From Vairimorpha necatrix (taxonomy: Eukaryota): a DNA stretch of 64,000 nucleotides. Below, piece by piece: positions 11,617 to 22,602 of this stretch; within the stretch, counting starts at the first letter, position 1, and each line of letters opens with the position of its first letter. The notes below the pieces were generated by a model. It was not told the origin of the DNA. It was given only the letters and a program-made list of their open reading frames with translations, and searched no databases. Location: assembly GCA_036630325.1 (NCBI GenBank), contig CP142727.1:806001-870000 (forward strand). The letters run 5' to 3'. The position numbers and the translations under genes are program-made.

Positions 11617-12213
11617 ATGCAGAAAAACAACAATAAACATTTTTTAAATAATAAACAAACAAGGCCCAAGGAGCCGTTTACAAGTAGTTTGCTAGAGGCC
11701 TACTTTCAACGAGGGTTCATCCCTCGTGACCACCTCAAGTTGAATTCAACGAGGAAAACTCATATCAAAGATGAAAAGAAAGAAAAAGAACATACAGAAT
11801 TTGAAAAAAATATACAAGGAACTGCAGTTAAGAGCAAAGTAAAAATTTATAACATTTATGATATTCAACAAGATTTAACCATAAATCAACTCCAAAAATT
11901 TGAGATGTTAGCTAAAGCAAATGATTGGAATGACGAACAAATGGCTTTGATTTACATGGATTGTATACACGATCCAAGAAAAGATTATTTACCATCAGAT
12001 TCTTATATTGCATTAAGAAAGTCACTGTTGAATTTTATTTATCCACCGGAACAAAAAAGACATGCGATACGTGAATTAGATAATACAAGCCAAATAAGTT
12101 ATTTTAGTATCAAAGAATATAAAGAAACAATCGAGGAAAGACTTAACAGTTATTCATATTATAATGATCTAAAAAAAGAGAAGCTCTGCATAAAATGGAA
12201 GAAGTATTTTTAA
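11617..12213 (+). CDS. gag N-terminal part (start codon inside the 5' LTR)
   Basis: 198-aa ORF with gag-like FEMLAKANDWNDEQ; overlaps the next ORF across an A7 run. Confidence 0.75.
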   Translation: MQKNNNKHFLNNKQTRPKEPFTSSLLEAYFQRGFIPRDHLKLNSTRKTHIKDEKKEKEHTEFEKNIQGTAVKSKVKIYNIYDIQQDLTINQLQKFEMLAKANDWNDEQMALIYMDCIHDPRKDYLPSDSYIALRKSLLNFIYPPEQKRHAIRELDNTSQISYFSIKEYKETIEERLNSYSYYNDLKKEKLCIKWKKYF

Positions 12214-15200
12214 AGGGACTAGGAGATTTCACACATTTAGAATTAACAAGACAAAATATGATAAGTAAGGAAATTTATGAAATTTATAATTACCTTGTTC
12301 TAATAGAAAATGAAATTTTAACTAAAGTCGAGAAACCCAATACCCATTATGAAAAAGAAAATTTTGATTATAACAGAAATACTCAATTTAATAACCCGAA
12401 ATGGTGCTCGCTTCATAAGAGTAACTATACTCATGATACCTGGCGTTGTTACGCCTTACAGAATAAAAAAAGATTGCCTGAATTTGCAGATCACAAGGAT
12501 AAAAATATGATTATTAAACAACGTAGCCAATGTCCCGAAGACATTACTGTAATAGGAAAAATAGGTAATAAGGATGTGAAAATGCTATTAGATAGCGGAT
12601 CAAGGAGAAATTATATTACTAAAAGCGCAGTTAATGAATTTAATTTAAAGAAAGAAGAATGTGCTAGAATTAAAACCATTTTTGGAAATAATGAAACAGC
12701 AGAATCCAATGAAATGGTCAATACTGTTGTTACGATAAAAGAAAAACCTTTTGAAGTAAAATTTTGCGTTTTAGAAAAATTACCCGTTAATTTTGTTCTA
12801 GGGAACGAATTTCTTGACATGCATTGTGCAAAGTTAGATTACGCCGAAGGAACGGTAGAATTAGATGGACTACGAATTGACATGGTACATAAAGCGGGAA
12901 ATGCTGAGGAATTGCTAGATAAAGAAATAGTTAATAAATTATGTCAGGTTAGCGAAAGCGAAGAATTTAATAAACTATTAGACTTCTATATTAAAGAAAA
13001 CAAAAAATTTACCTCTATGAAAACAAACCTAGCTTCGCTTAATGTAATACAACCAGTTTTAAAAACAAAGAAGATTACCTATACAGTTCCATTAAAATAT
13101 ATTGAAAAGGCGAAAATGGAAATTAAAAGACTTTTAGATGCAGATATAATTGAAAAGAGTTCTTCTGATATAATAAGCCCTGCATTTTTTATAGAAAAGA
13201 AAAATAAAGATTTACGTTTAGTAGTAGATTATAGGGAAGTAAATAAAGCTTTACAAGATGACCCATGGATATTGCCCAAAATTGAGGATTGTCTAACAAT
13301 AATGGGATCTAACAAATTTTTTACGCAGATTGATTTAAGTAACGGATTTAATCAGATAAAAATAGATGAACAAAGCAAGAAATATACATCGTTTTTTTTA
13401 TTAGGACAACAGTGGCAATACAAGAGAATTCCCTTTGGAATTAAGCCCGGTCCAAAATTATTTCAAAGAAATATTTCAAACATTTTAGGAGATTTCGATA
13501 ATGTATTTGTTTTCATAGATGATATTGTGATTTATAATAAAACAAAAGAAAGTCATTTAATTTCCGTAGAAAAAATACTAGAAACTTTATATAGCAAAAA
13601 TGTCCAAATAAATTTCGAAAAATCGAAGTTTTTTCAACCAGAAATTGAAGTTTTGGGTTACAAAATAAATCACGAAGGAATTTTTCCAAAAACTAATTAT
13701 TTAAATAATAGAATATTCGAGAAAGAAATAAGAACGAAAAAGGATTTACAAAAACTGTTAGGAGTGATAAACTGTTACAGAAAGTTTATTCCAGATCTTT
13801 CGATAAGGATTAATAAATTAACAGATATGTTAAAAAACAAGAATGAAAATAAAATTAAAATAACGACCGAAATGAGAAAGGAAGTTGACAGAATTAAAGA
13901 GTGGATTTTAGGTAATCATATGTTATCATTTCCCGATTACAATAGTAAATTTACATTACACGTTGACGCGAGCGAAATAGGTTTAGGAAGTACACTAACA
14001 CAAAAGGATAAAATCATTAGATATTATAGTAAAAAATTTTCTGGTCCAGAATTAAATTACAGTATTGTTGAGAAGGAATTTTTGGCAATTGTTTTATCTA
14101 TGCTCAATTTTAAAAACATAATCCAAGGATCTTATGTAGAGATTTATACTGATAGTAAAAATTGTATCTATGAAAATAAAATAGAAACATCAAGAATTAA
14201 TAGATGGAAATTGTTGTTAAATGAATTTAGTTTTTCACTAAATCATATAGATGGTAATAAAAATTGTATGGCAGATAATCTATCAAGAAATTTCATTGGA
14301 ATCGGAAATAATGAAAACAATAATCACGAAGAAATTATTAAACTAAACCAAGAATGTTGTCTCAGAGACAAAAACGGTAACTTTATATTTGATAAAGAAA
14401 AGCGCTACATAGTTAAATTTAACCAAGTAAAAAAATTTATATCATTTATGCGTGAATTTGGACTTCATAGAGGAATTTCTACCCTATATTACAATATAAA
14501 GCGCTATTACTATATAAAACGAATCTTTAAAGAAATAAGAAATACCATTAGCAAATGTAAAATTTGTGGAATTTATAAAAATAAGCATCCTAAAAAATAT
14601 ATCACTGGCAATATAGTAGCACAAAGAAAATTTGAAAAGGTAAGTACCGATATTTTCGGCCCTTTTAGTCTTGATAATTTTATTACTTCAGAAAGGAAAG
14701 AGGTAGGATATATCCTTACCATGACGGATATATATTCCCGATATACTAAACTTTATTTCTTATACACTATAAATTCAGACTCGGTGTTAAGATGTTTTGA
14801 AAATTGGATTACAACTTTTGGGAAACCAACATCTATAATTTCAGACAATGGACGCCAGTTTATAAGTAACACAACTAAAGATTATTTAATAAAAGAAAAA
14901 ATACTACATACCTTGATACCCTCATACACACCAAGCTCTAATGGTGTATCGGAAGCAATAAATAAAACAATTTCATTCGCCCTGAGCTTCAACAAAGGTT
15001 TAAATATACGAGAAGTCGTTATGAAGGCAGAAAATGCGATTAATTTCAATTATAATAGAACGATAAAATCTTCTCCATTTTCAATCATTAATGGATTTAA
15101 TATTTATGACCCATTACAGAGAGATTACAATCATATTAGTGTCTTAAAAGAAGAAAAAATCTATTTGGTAAAAGTTGGAGACATTTGTAGGGAAAGAATA

Positions 15201-15329
15201 TATAATGCTAAAAAATTAGGACCAAAATGGAGCAAGAGGAAGAAGGTATTATGTGTTGGCAATAAAGGGTACTGGATTAAACTGAAAGGAAATAGTGGAT
15301 GGACGCATATTAAGAACATTAAACTCTAA
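12195..15329 (+). CDS. gag C-terminus plus pol (protease, RT, RNase H, integrase)
   Basis: WCSLHKSNYTHDTWRC knuckle, LLDSGS, LRLVVDYR, FIDD, VDAS, HRG...CKIC, ISDNG, NGVSE. Confidence 0.95.
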   Translation: MEEVFLKGLGDFTHLELTRQNMISKEIYEIYNYLVLIENEILTKVEKPNTHYEKENFDYNRNTQFNNPKWCSLHKSNYTHDTWRCYALQNKKRLPEFADHKDKNMIIKQRSQCPEDITVIGKIGNKDVKMLLDSGSRRNYITKSAVNEFNLKKEECARIKTIFGNNETAESNEMVNTVVTIKEKPFEVKFCVLEKLPVNFVLGNEFLDMHCAKLDYAEGTVELDGLRIDMVHKAGNAEELLDKEIVNKLCQVSESEEFNKLLDFYIKENKKFTSMKTNLASLNVIQPVLKTKKITYTVPLKYIEKAKMEIKRLLDADIIEKSSSDIISPAFFIEKKNKDLRLVVDYREVNKALQDDPWILPKIEDCLTIMGSNKFFTQIDLSNGFNQIKIDEQSKKYTSFFLLGQQWQYKRIPFGIKPGPKLFQRNISNILGDFDNVFVFIDDIVIYNKTKESHLISVEKILETLYSKNVQINFEKSKFFQPEIEVLGYKINHEGIFPKTNYLNNRIFEKEIRTKKDLQKLLGVINCYRKFIPDLSIRINKLTDMLKNKNENKIKITTEMRKEVDRIKEWILGNHMLSFPDYNSKFTLHVDASEIGLGSTLTQKDKIIRYYSKKFSGPELNYSIVEKEFLAIVLSMLNFKNIIQGSYVEIYTDSKNCIYENKIETSRINRWKLLLNEFSFSLNHIDGNKNCMADNLSRNFIGIGNNENNNHEEIIKLNQECCLRDKNGNFIFDKEKRYIVKFNQVKKFISFMREFGLHRGISTLYYNIKRYYYIKRIFKEIRNTISKCKICGIYKNKHPKKYITGNIVAQRKFEKVSTDIFGPFSLDNFITSERKEVGYILTMTDIYSRYTKLYFLYTINSDSVLRCFENWITTFGKPTSIISDNGRQFISNTTKDYLIKEKILHTLIPSYTPSSNGVSEAINKTISFALSFNKGLNIREVVMKAENAINFNYNRTIKSSPFSIINGFNIYDPLQRDYNHISVLKEEKIYLVKVGDICRERIYNAKKLGPKWSKRKKVLCVGNKGYWIKLKGNSGWTHIKNIKL

Positions 15330-15937
15330 GGGGGCAGAATGTGGTATTACAACCACATGTAAAATTCCATTTTCCCAAAATGGAATTTCTTAAATATTTT
15401 TTTTAAAAAATATTATTTTTCGACCCCAACAAAAAGAAAGAAGTAGATGCAGAAAAACAACAATAAACATTTTTTAAATAATAAACAAACAAGGCCCAAG
15501 GAGCCGTTTACAAGTAGTTTGCTAGAGGCCTACTTTCAACGAGGGTTCATCCCTCGTGACCACCTCAAGTACTTATTTCTTCTATAATAATGCCATTATC
15601 ATCTTCTTTGCATAATTTTACTTTATTAAATTGAATTATGTCTGTTACAACATAGACTTCTGCATCTAAATGTTCATAAAGCGAATGTCTTCTGGTATTG
15701 ACGTTGTTGTCCAAATAAGGTCTTATAAGGACTCTATCTCCTATTTTATGTTCAAAAAATCCTATTTCTCATTATTAGTTTTTTTTTCAATACACAAAAA
15801 TAAAAAAAGAGTAACATTTTATAAAACATAATTATAATTCCCATATTCGCAACAGGAACGCATAAACTAGTTTAACCTAAAAATTACAAATAAATAACAG
15901 CGATTTTTTTGTATTATTTTTTTAACCATATAAAGTA

Positions 15938-16140
15938 AACATTTTCCCCTGCGTCCGGTCCGAACGGATATTTTTTACCCTTCTTAAGTAAGCATTTCCC
16001 CTGGCGTCCAGTCCGAACGGATATTTTTTACCCTTCTTAAGTAAGCATTTTCCCCGGCGTCCAATCCGAACGGATATTTTTTTTTTAATTTTTTACCCTT
16101 CTTAAGTAAGCATTTTCCCCGGCGTCCAGTCCGAACGGGC
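15938..16140. repeat. Subterminal tandem repeats (~53-70 bp period) of the Ginger-like element
   Basis: Four copies of cattttcccc..gcgtcc.gtccgaacgg, three followed by atattttttacccttcttaagtaag. Confidence 0.85.
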
Positions 16141-17558
16141 GTCCAATCCGAACGGTGACAATTAATAACAATACTAATAAGAATTTCTTTATTAACAAGA
16201 AACAATTGGTTGAATATCGTTAGTTAATGTGACATTATATTAAATTTTAGAAAATAAAAAAAGTACTAAACCATTGTTAGTATTAACAATGCAATTTGAT
16301 TCTTTATTTATTGTTTTTATAGATCTATCATATACATATATAAATTTATTACATTTAATTATGAATCCAAATTAACAATTATATTTTTATCAGTGAATTA
16401 GTTTAAGACAATAATATTAGAAAAAAAAAAGTAGTAGGATATAGTTTTTATTCTATATATAATTATAATATATTTTACCATATTTGCTTCTGATCAATTT
16501 AATTTAAATAAGTTATATTACCAAAATGATCAGTTATTTGTTTTGAATGAACTGCTATATAATGAAAGTAAAAATACGCGAAAAATTTACGTCGTAATGA
16601 ATGAACATAAATGCTTTAATCGTTTTGTTTTTGTTTTTTGATAAAAATAAAAAATGTCAAATATTTTGATGTTTGAATCATCAGACATAACAAAACATTC
16701 AATAATAAATAAATTATAATCTATTCATCAAATAATGAAATATAATTCATACTATTGTGTATTGTTTTTTAGAAAGTTATTGGGGATTAGTATTGTAATA
16801 AGTTATATATTATACTTTATTTATTATGAAACTAGACAAAACTTTCTTAATTTAACAACGGGTACTCATTATATTAGTAATACGTACCTTTTGGCGTCAA
16901 TGTAAAGTCGCAATATATTGGACACAAGGGATCTTCTTTGCAAACTATATTAACTATATATCATCTCAATATAATACATAAATTGCTTTTATATCTTATT
17001 TTTAATTTTCATAATTTGTTGATTAAATTAATAAGAGAAATTATAGTTTTTTGAAAATAGTAGAAATAATCTCTAACCATATGAATTGTACGAGTGATTA
17101 AATTTTAATATTATTGTATATATTAAATTTTTAGCACTTCAATGTATTTTTATAATATTTCTTACCACAATATTTCATTCTAGTAGTAAATATTAAATTA
17201 AAACTCTATGTTTTGTTTTAACCGTTATTCCAAAATCTTTGAGAGTATTTCAAAAATTCAAAAAAAGATTTATACTATATTTTGAATTGTGTTTTTTATA
17301 AAATTGAAAAATCAATGAATATTTTTAGTACAAAATATACAAAAAATGGGGTGGGGGATACCACACTACCCTCTCTGGGAGTGTTCTCTTTATTTTTTCG
17401 AACCCCAAAAATTAAGCGCAAAAAAGGAGGACCAAAGAAGAGACAAAAATATCATCACCTTTATGATATTTAAAATAACAACTAAATAAATACCTTGGTA
17501 GAAAAATTAATTTTAGATTAAGTCATAATGATCATTGAAAGTATTGTACATTTTTAAA

Positions 17559-18336
17559 GGTGCCCGTAGCCCGGCGGCGAAAGGCGATGCTTTTATTACG
17601 CAATGGCTGGGTTGGATCCCAGGAGCACCGATTTATATCTACTTTCTATGATGCAGTTAGAGCAACTCAGATGATAAAGGTGTCCCCGATATCATTAAGT
17701 TTATTCAATGAAACTTGTGTGTGTCCAGCCATAGGGGTTAGCATCTAGTGTAGAAACGCGCCTCAAGGCCAAAAAGCAGTATCACTCTTTGGTGACTTAA
17801 TGATACATAAAAGTATCTAATGGGTACGGCCTAGTTGGAGCCCATGGCTGGTGCACTCTAGAGTGGGATCCTAGAGCTAACTAAGAGATACAACGAAGTA
17901 GGGCAATAGAAGGTCTCGTGGACCCCATCATAAAGATTCTGTAACACGTGGCCGAAACTAGTAGGAGACTGGTGGTCAACGCAGCCCAATAAAAATGCCG
18001 GGCCGGTGATGTGGTCGTGTAAGGAGCCGTGTGTGCAATACAGATGATTGTAGGTAGCTTTGAGTCAGTACGATGATGTCTTTCCTCGGGTTATAGATAA
18101 CCATGCTCGTTAAGTATATCCGCTGCGAGGTCACTCTGGACGCGATTTGAGGTATAAATGGAAAGTGTTCTCCTGGGTCCAAAGTCTAATGGATGCGGCG
18201 GAGCTTGCTGCACTGGCAAGTTGTATGGGGGGAGTTTTAGTGAGTAAGAATTCACAGTACCAGTTGGATTAGGATCACCCAAATCCCTCTGGTTCTTAAG
18301 TAAGGTTTCTTCCTACCCTATACTTGCAAGAAAAAA
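17559..18336 (+). mobile_element. tRNA-derived SINE-like element
   Basis: Highly similar and collinear to 2262-3050, with the same 5' start GGTGCCC. Confidence 0.8.
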
Positions 18337-18812
18337 TACAATAAAAATTGCAATTTACAATACACTATTGTCAGGAAAAATTAACTATTTAAGAATAGAT
18401 ATAATAGCTTGAACATCTATTAAAAACTTTATTAACTTTAGTCTTGGATATAATGCTGTGATGACCTGATCAAACTAAACATAGCCCGTCACATTATTTG
18501 TATACTATTCTTAACAAATACTCCATGTCCATGTAATGCTACACTATACTACTTTCAGAATGGTCTTTCTAAAACTTCTTGTTGTTTGTTTGTTTACAAA
18601 CAAACATGTAAAACTATAAATAGCGAAAACGCCCAAAGGGGCATGGTGAGCAAGAAGGTGAAAGCAAACACGAATAACAATAAATGTAATAGTTTTGAAA
18701 ATATCTGTAACCTCATCTAGACGTATCGCCGCCTAGGATACGTTAAATGCATATAAAAGTAAATATTTATGTATAAAATTTAATTATAGAAAATTATCTT
18801 TTGTCAGAATAT

Positions 18813-19127
18813 TTATCTTTAGAATTCTCTCTTCTTCGTTTTTTCCCTTTTCTTTTAGACCTTTAAATAAAAAACCAGAAATCTATAACATAGGGATCCA
18901 GCTTTAACATTCTGGCCAAGTGTATAATGTGGATAGTGAAGGCCATTTACATATATATAAACACCTGCATGAGTTTTTGAGGCCGTTATGGTGTCTCGCA
19001 AACTCGTTTAGCAGATCTTTTCGCAATCTCAACAATCCTTCAATTGCCTCACTTTCTTTTGAATTTCTTTGTTTTTTTATGTCGAATTGAAAAAAAAATT
19101 TATATACAAAATATTATCAAGGATCAT
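18813..19127 (-). pseudogene. Frameshifted copy of the homeodomain-like gene
   Basis: Collinear with 3529-3849 (HLARMLKLDPYVIDFWF preserved) but with indels, and ATG->ATA at the likely start. Confidence 0.75.
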
Positions 19128-20115
19128 TATCAAATCAAATACATAACAGTTTTATGATTCGTTTTTAAAATCTTAGTAGACAATTTATTTAAAATTTATT
19201 AAAATTAACATTAATTTTTTATTTATTTACAAAAAATCAATACTGAAATGTTTAAGTATTACCAATTAAAGAGAAACTTATGATCAATGTTTATATGATT
19301 TATCATGCTGATTTATTCGTATGTTCATTTGTATATGAAACATATATTTGTGATTGAAACTTACTAGTAATGAATGTGAATTGAAACAAGACTTATAAAA
19401 AAAAAGTATTTCCATTTTGTTACTTTTCAAATAATTAAATATGATGCATGTAAATGTCACACGTTTCTTGATTGATTTATTTTAATGGACAAAAAATCCA
19501 AAAACCTTTTACAGAATAAAACAAATTTACATTTTATACAAGATTTATTTGTTCCTGTTAAATCCTTACATGTCAAATATTTTAATTTTATGATATATAT
19601 GACAACTTGTTACAACGAATAATCTTTAAACTTAATTATCATTGTATCAACATTCAATCATTTTTTGTTTTAGTCATAAAATACAATTTTAGGTGCATTT
19701 TAATTTAGTTTCTGTAGCATTATTTACCACACTCTTTATTTTTATTTCCCTCCAATATTTTAAATTATTTAACCCACTAATATATCAGAATGCCATTGGA
19801 AAAAGGAAGCTTTCCATATGGAATAATCAATCTGGAATATATAAAATCTTTAATAGACAAGCAACATAAAAATTTGTATATTTTTTACCCATGAAACAAA
19901 TAAGACAATCATCACTTGAAAAGAAGAAAGAGATATCAACGAATTAGTTGTAATGCCCAACATTACATCTAAAAAATTTTATTGAGATCTTTCATGCAAT
20001 CACATTTTAAAGTCTCTTAGTAACAAGTTACAATGTTAGATTGTAACAGTGCTGAAGATTCTTATTTAAAACAAATACGCATTTATCGTTTTTAAAAAAA
20101 GTTATTTTTTCTATT

Positions 20116-20878
20116 ATTTTTTTCTTGTCAGGTAATGGTAAGAAGAAGCTACATAGAGACCAGATGAATTTCGTGTGAAACTTATCCAACTGATACTTCG
20201 AGATTATTACCTGCTTAATATTCTTCATATAATTTGCCGAGGCAGAAAGCTCCGTTATATCCATTGGACTTTGCCCCCCAGCTAAATATCTTTTTACTAT
20301 ACCTCAAATGCATCCGGGTGATCGGATAGCGGATATACGCAACGATCATGGTTTTCTATACTTAGATTAGAGAAATAATTATACTAGTTAAAGGTCTCTA
20401 CAATCATCTGTATCGTACACGGCTCCTTACATTACAAATATACAACTTGCATTTGATTTAACTGCGTTGACCACCGATCTTCCACAGTTTCAGCCACCGT
20501 ATTACAGAATCTTGGAGGATAAAGTCTATGAGATCTTATTTCTTCGTCTTCGTCTTTCCTAAAAGTATCTCTAGGATCCACCTCCTAGGGTGTACTACTC
20601 ATTGGCCCCAAATAGGTTGTGCCCAGCTGATATTTTATGCATCATAAAGTCTCTACCAGAGGGAAGCTGTTTTCGACCTTAAAATTCTTAAAAATATTAG
20701 ACGCCAATTCTTTACTGCTACGCACCCGAGTTTCATTGGACCAACTTAATGTTTAAACAATCTTTATCACCCAAGTTGTTCCAACTGCATCATAAAAAGT
20801 AGAAGCATTTTGGACTCTTGGGGTTCAAACCCAGCCATGTTAATAAAATCTTTGCCTTCGACCAGTGGCTAAGAACCG
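20116..20878 (-). mobile_element. tRNA-derived SINE-like element, diverged, reverse orientation
   Basis: Reverse-complement tRNA-like head (gggtttgaacccc); body collinear with 4821-5574 and 2262-3050. Confidence 0.72.
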
Positions 20879-20899
20879 CCGATCTAATAATGACTAATT

Positions 20900-22103
20900 G
20901 GTTAAATTGCGATGTTACCCCCCCCCCCCACCCCTAAAAAAATAAAAAAAAAGGGGGAAAAATAAAAAAAAGGGGGAAAAATAAAAAAAGGGGGAAAAAT
21001 AAAAAAAGGGGGAAAAATAAAAAAAAGGGGAAACAAAATTTATTCAATCAATTCAAAATCAAATTCGGGCGCTAAATCGTAATTTAAAAATGATATATTA
21101 TCAATCTCAAAAAAGCATAACATTCTTTCAAGTAGTGATTCTCTATAAATTAACTTAAAACGAGCTATATAAAGCTTACGAATGAGATTCATTAAAGAAC
21201 CATGGCAAGTTCCTTCTTTGCGCAATTCCCTTTTAATTACAGACCACATTCCCTCAATTGTTTGGGTGTGGGCGCCTGTTGTTGGATTTACAAAATTTTG
21301 GCTATGATTTACAGTTAAATGTAAATAGTTATAATCCGGACATAGTTCCGAAAACCCTTCATAACCCCGCCAACAATCAGTAATAATTGTAGACCCAGGT
21401 GCGATTTTTCGTTTTATTAAATCGACAAGAGTAGCTCTTGATCGATTTTCAACAATTTCGAAAAAAAAAGAATTGCTGTCTCCTCGCACAACTCCACCAA
21501 CGGCCCAAACTTGGTATTGATGGATTCTACCGTTATGGTTTTTACTTTTAACAAGCAATGTCTCGTCTATTTCAACTACGCAATTTAAACCTCCTATGGT
21601 TTTGTTTTGAAGGTAGTTGAAATAGGATAAGAATACAGCGTTATTAAAACGCGTAAACCAGCGAGATACGGTACTACTATCTATATCCAATTCGATAGTA
21701 GCCGAAACATTGCTTACCCCCTTTACCCATTCACACAGCAAAATTAAAAGATCTTCGATATCTAATCTAGAACTTTTAAAAATGCTTTCTTTGTAAATGT
21801 TACCTTTGTTTGAGCATTTTCTCCCATTTCGTCGTAAGTAACAACGATATTTGTCCAAATTATTTCTAATTTTGGTCATGGGCGTCATGCACTTATTGCA
21901 CATTGGTACCTTTAATATATTTTTTTCCCGAAGAAATAAAAATAATTCCTCTTTTTTATATATTAATTTTCTAAAATTTTTTATGTTCATTTTGGGGACA
22001 TAATTTTTCCCCCTTTTTTTATTTTTCCCCCTTTTTTTTATTTTTCCCCCTTTTTTTTTATTTTTTTAGGGGTGGGGGGGGGGGGTAACATCGCAATTTA
22101 ACC
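20900..22103 (-). mobile_element. Merlin DNA transposon, intact copy 1
   Basis: TIR GGTTAAATTGCGATGTTACCC... with G5/A-run subterminal repeats; 8-bp TSD GACTAATT. Confidence 0.96.
21040..21990 (-). CDS. Merlin/ISXO2-like DDE transposase, 316 aa
   Basis: IGGLNCVVEIDET, QVWAVGG, IITDCWRGY, VNHSQNFVNPTTGAHTQTIEGMWS. Confidence 0.95.
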   Translation of the reverse strand: MNIKNFRKLIYKKEELFLFLREKNILKVPMCNKCMTPMTKIRNNLDKYRCYLRRNGRKCSNKGNIYKESIFKSSRLDIEDLLILLCEWVKGVSNVSATIELDIDSSTVSRWFTRFNNAVFLSYFNYLQNKTIGGLNCVVEIDETLLVKSKNHNGRIHQYQVWAVGGVVRGDSNSFFFEIVENRSRATLVDLIKRKIAPGSTIITDCWRGYEGFSELCPDYNYLHLTVNHSQNFVNPTTGAHTQTIEGMWSVIKRELRKEGTCHGSLMNLIRKLYIARFKLIYRESLLERMLCFFEIDNISFLNYDLAPEFDFELIE

Positions 22104-22267
22104 GACTAATTATATCTTCACATGAAAAATTGGATTGGCTACAAAAGATAAGATGTTAATTACAGATAAACATATTGATAGTGAATACCTACAATTTTTA
22201 ATTATAAACATTGTATTTATGTTTACGATTGTAAAAGAGGTCTTTGAAGAAAAATGCCTTTTGTACA

Positions 22268-22568
22268 TGCCGTTCGAATATGGATTTATCATTGAATATA
22301 GGTTTATATTTTATTATTTATAATCAACATTTCTCCCTCTTTCGAATTAACTCCTCGTCCACTAGTCTTTTTAATTGCGAGGCATGTCTTTTGTGAGACT
22401 TAGTACCAATTTTAATTAAATATGAATTTCCTTTCAAATCACTGGTAATAAATCCTTTTTTCCAATATCTCGATTTTCCCTTTGTCACGTTTTCGTTCTT
22501 TATTAAAACCGTATTCCCAACAGTAAAGACTTCTTCTTTTGGCAATTTATCTGTAGCCTTTAAATATC

Positions 22569-22602
<34 letters not shown>

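Larger units (their letters stand above)
11510..15567 (+). mobile_element. Gypsy LTR retrotransposon, young (apparently identical 228-bp LTRs)
   Basis: LTRs 11510-11737 and 15340-15567, 5-bp TSD AGTAC, PPT aagggggcagaa, domain order PR-RT-RH-IN. Confidence 0.95.
11240..16160 (-). mobile_element. Non-autonomous Ginger-like DNA element (~0.86 kb without the nested Gypsy)
   Basis: ~45-bp TIR TGTCACCGTTC...GAACGGTGACA, 5-bp TSD ATTAA, residual minus-strand frame resembling an integrase C-terminus (HKIGDRVLIRP...VYVVTD...KDLRL) that rejoins across the Gypsy insertion. Confidence 0.72.

Noticed and set aside
15938-16140. CRISPR-like array
   Set aside because: The spacers are near-identical, the context is eukaryotic, there are no cas genes, and the repeats belong to a TIR element.
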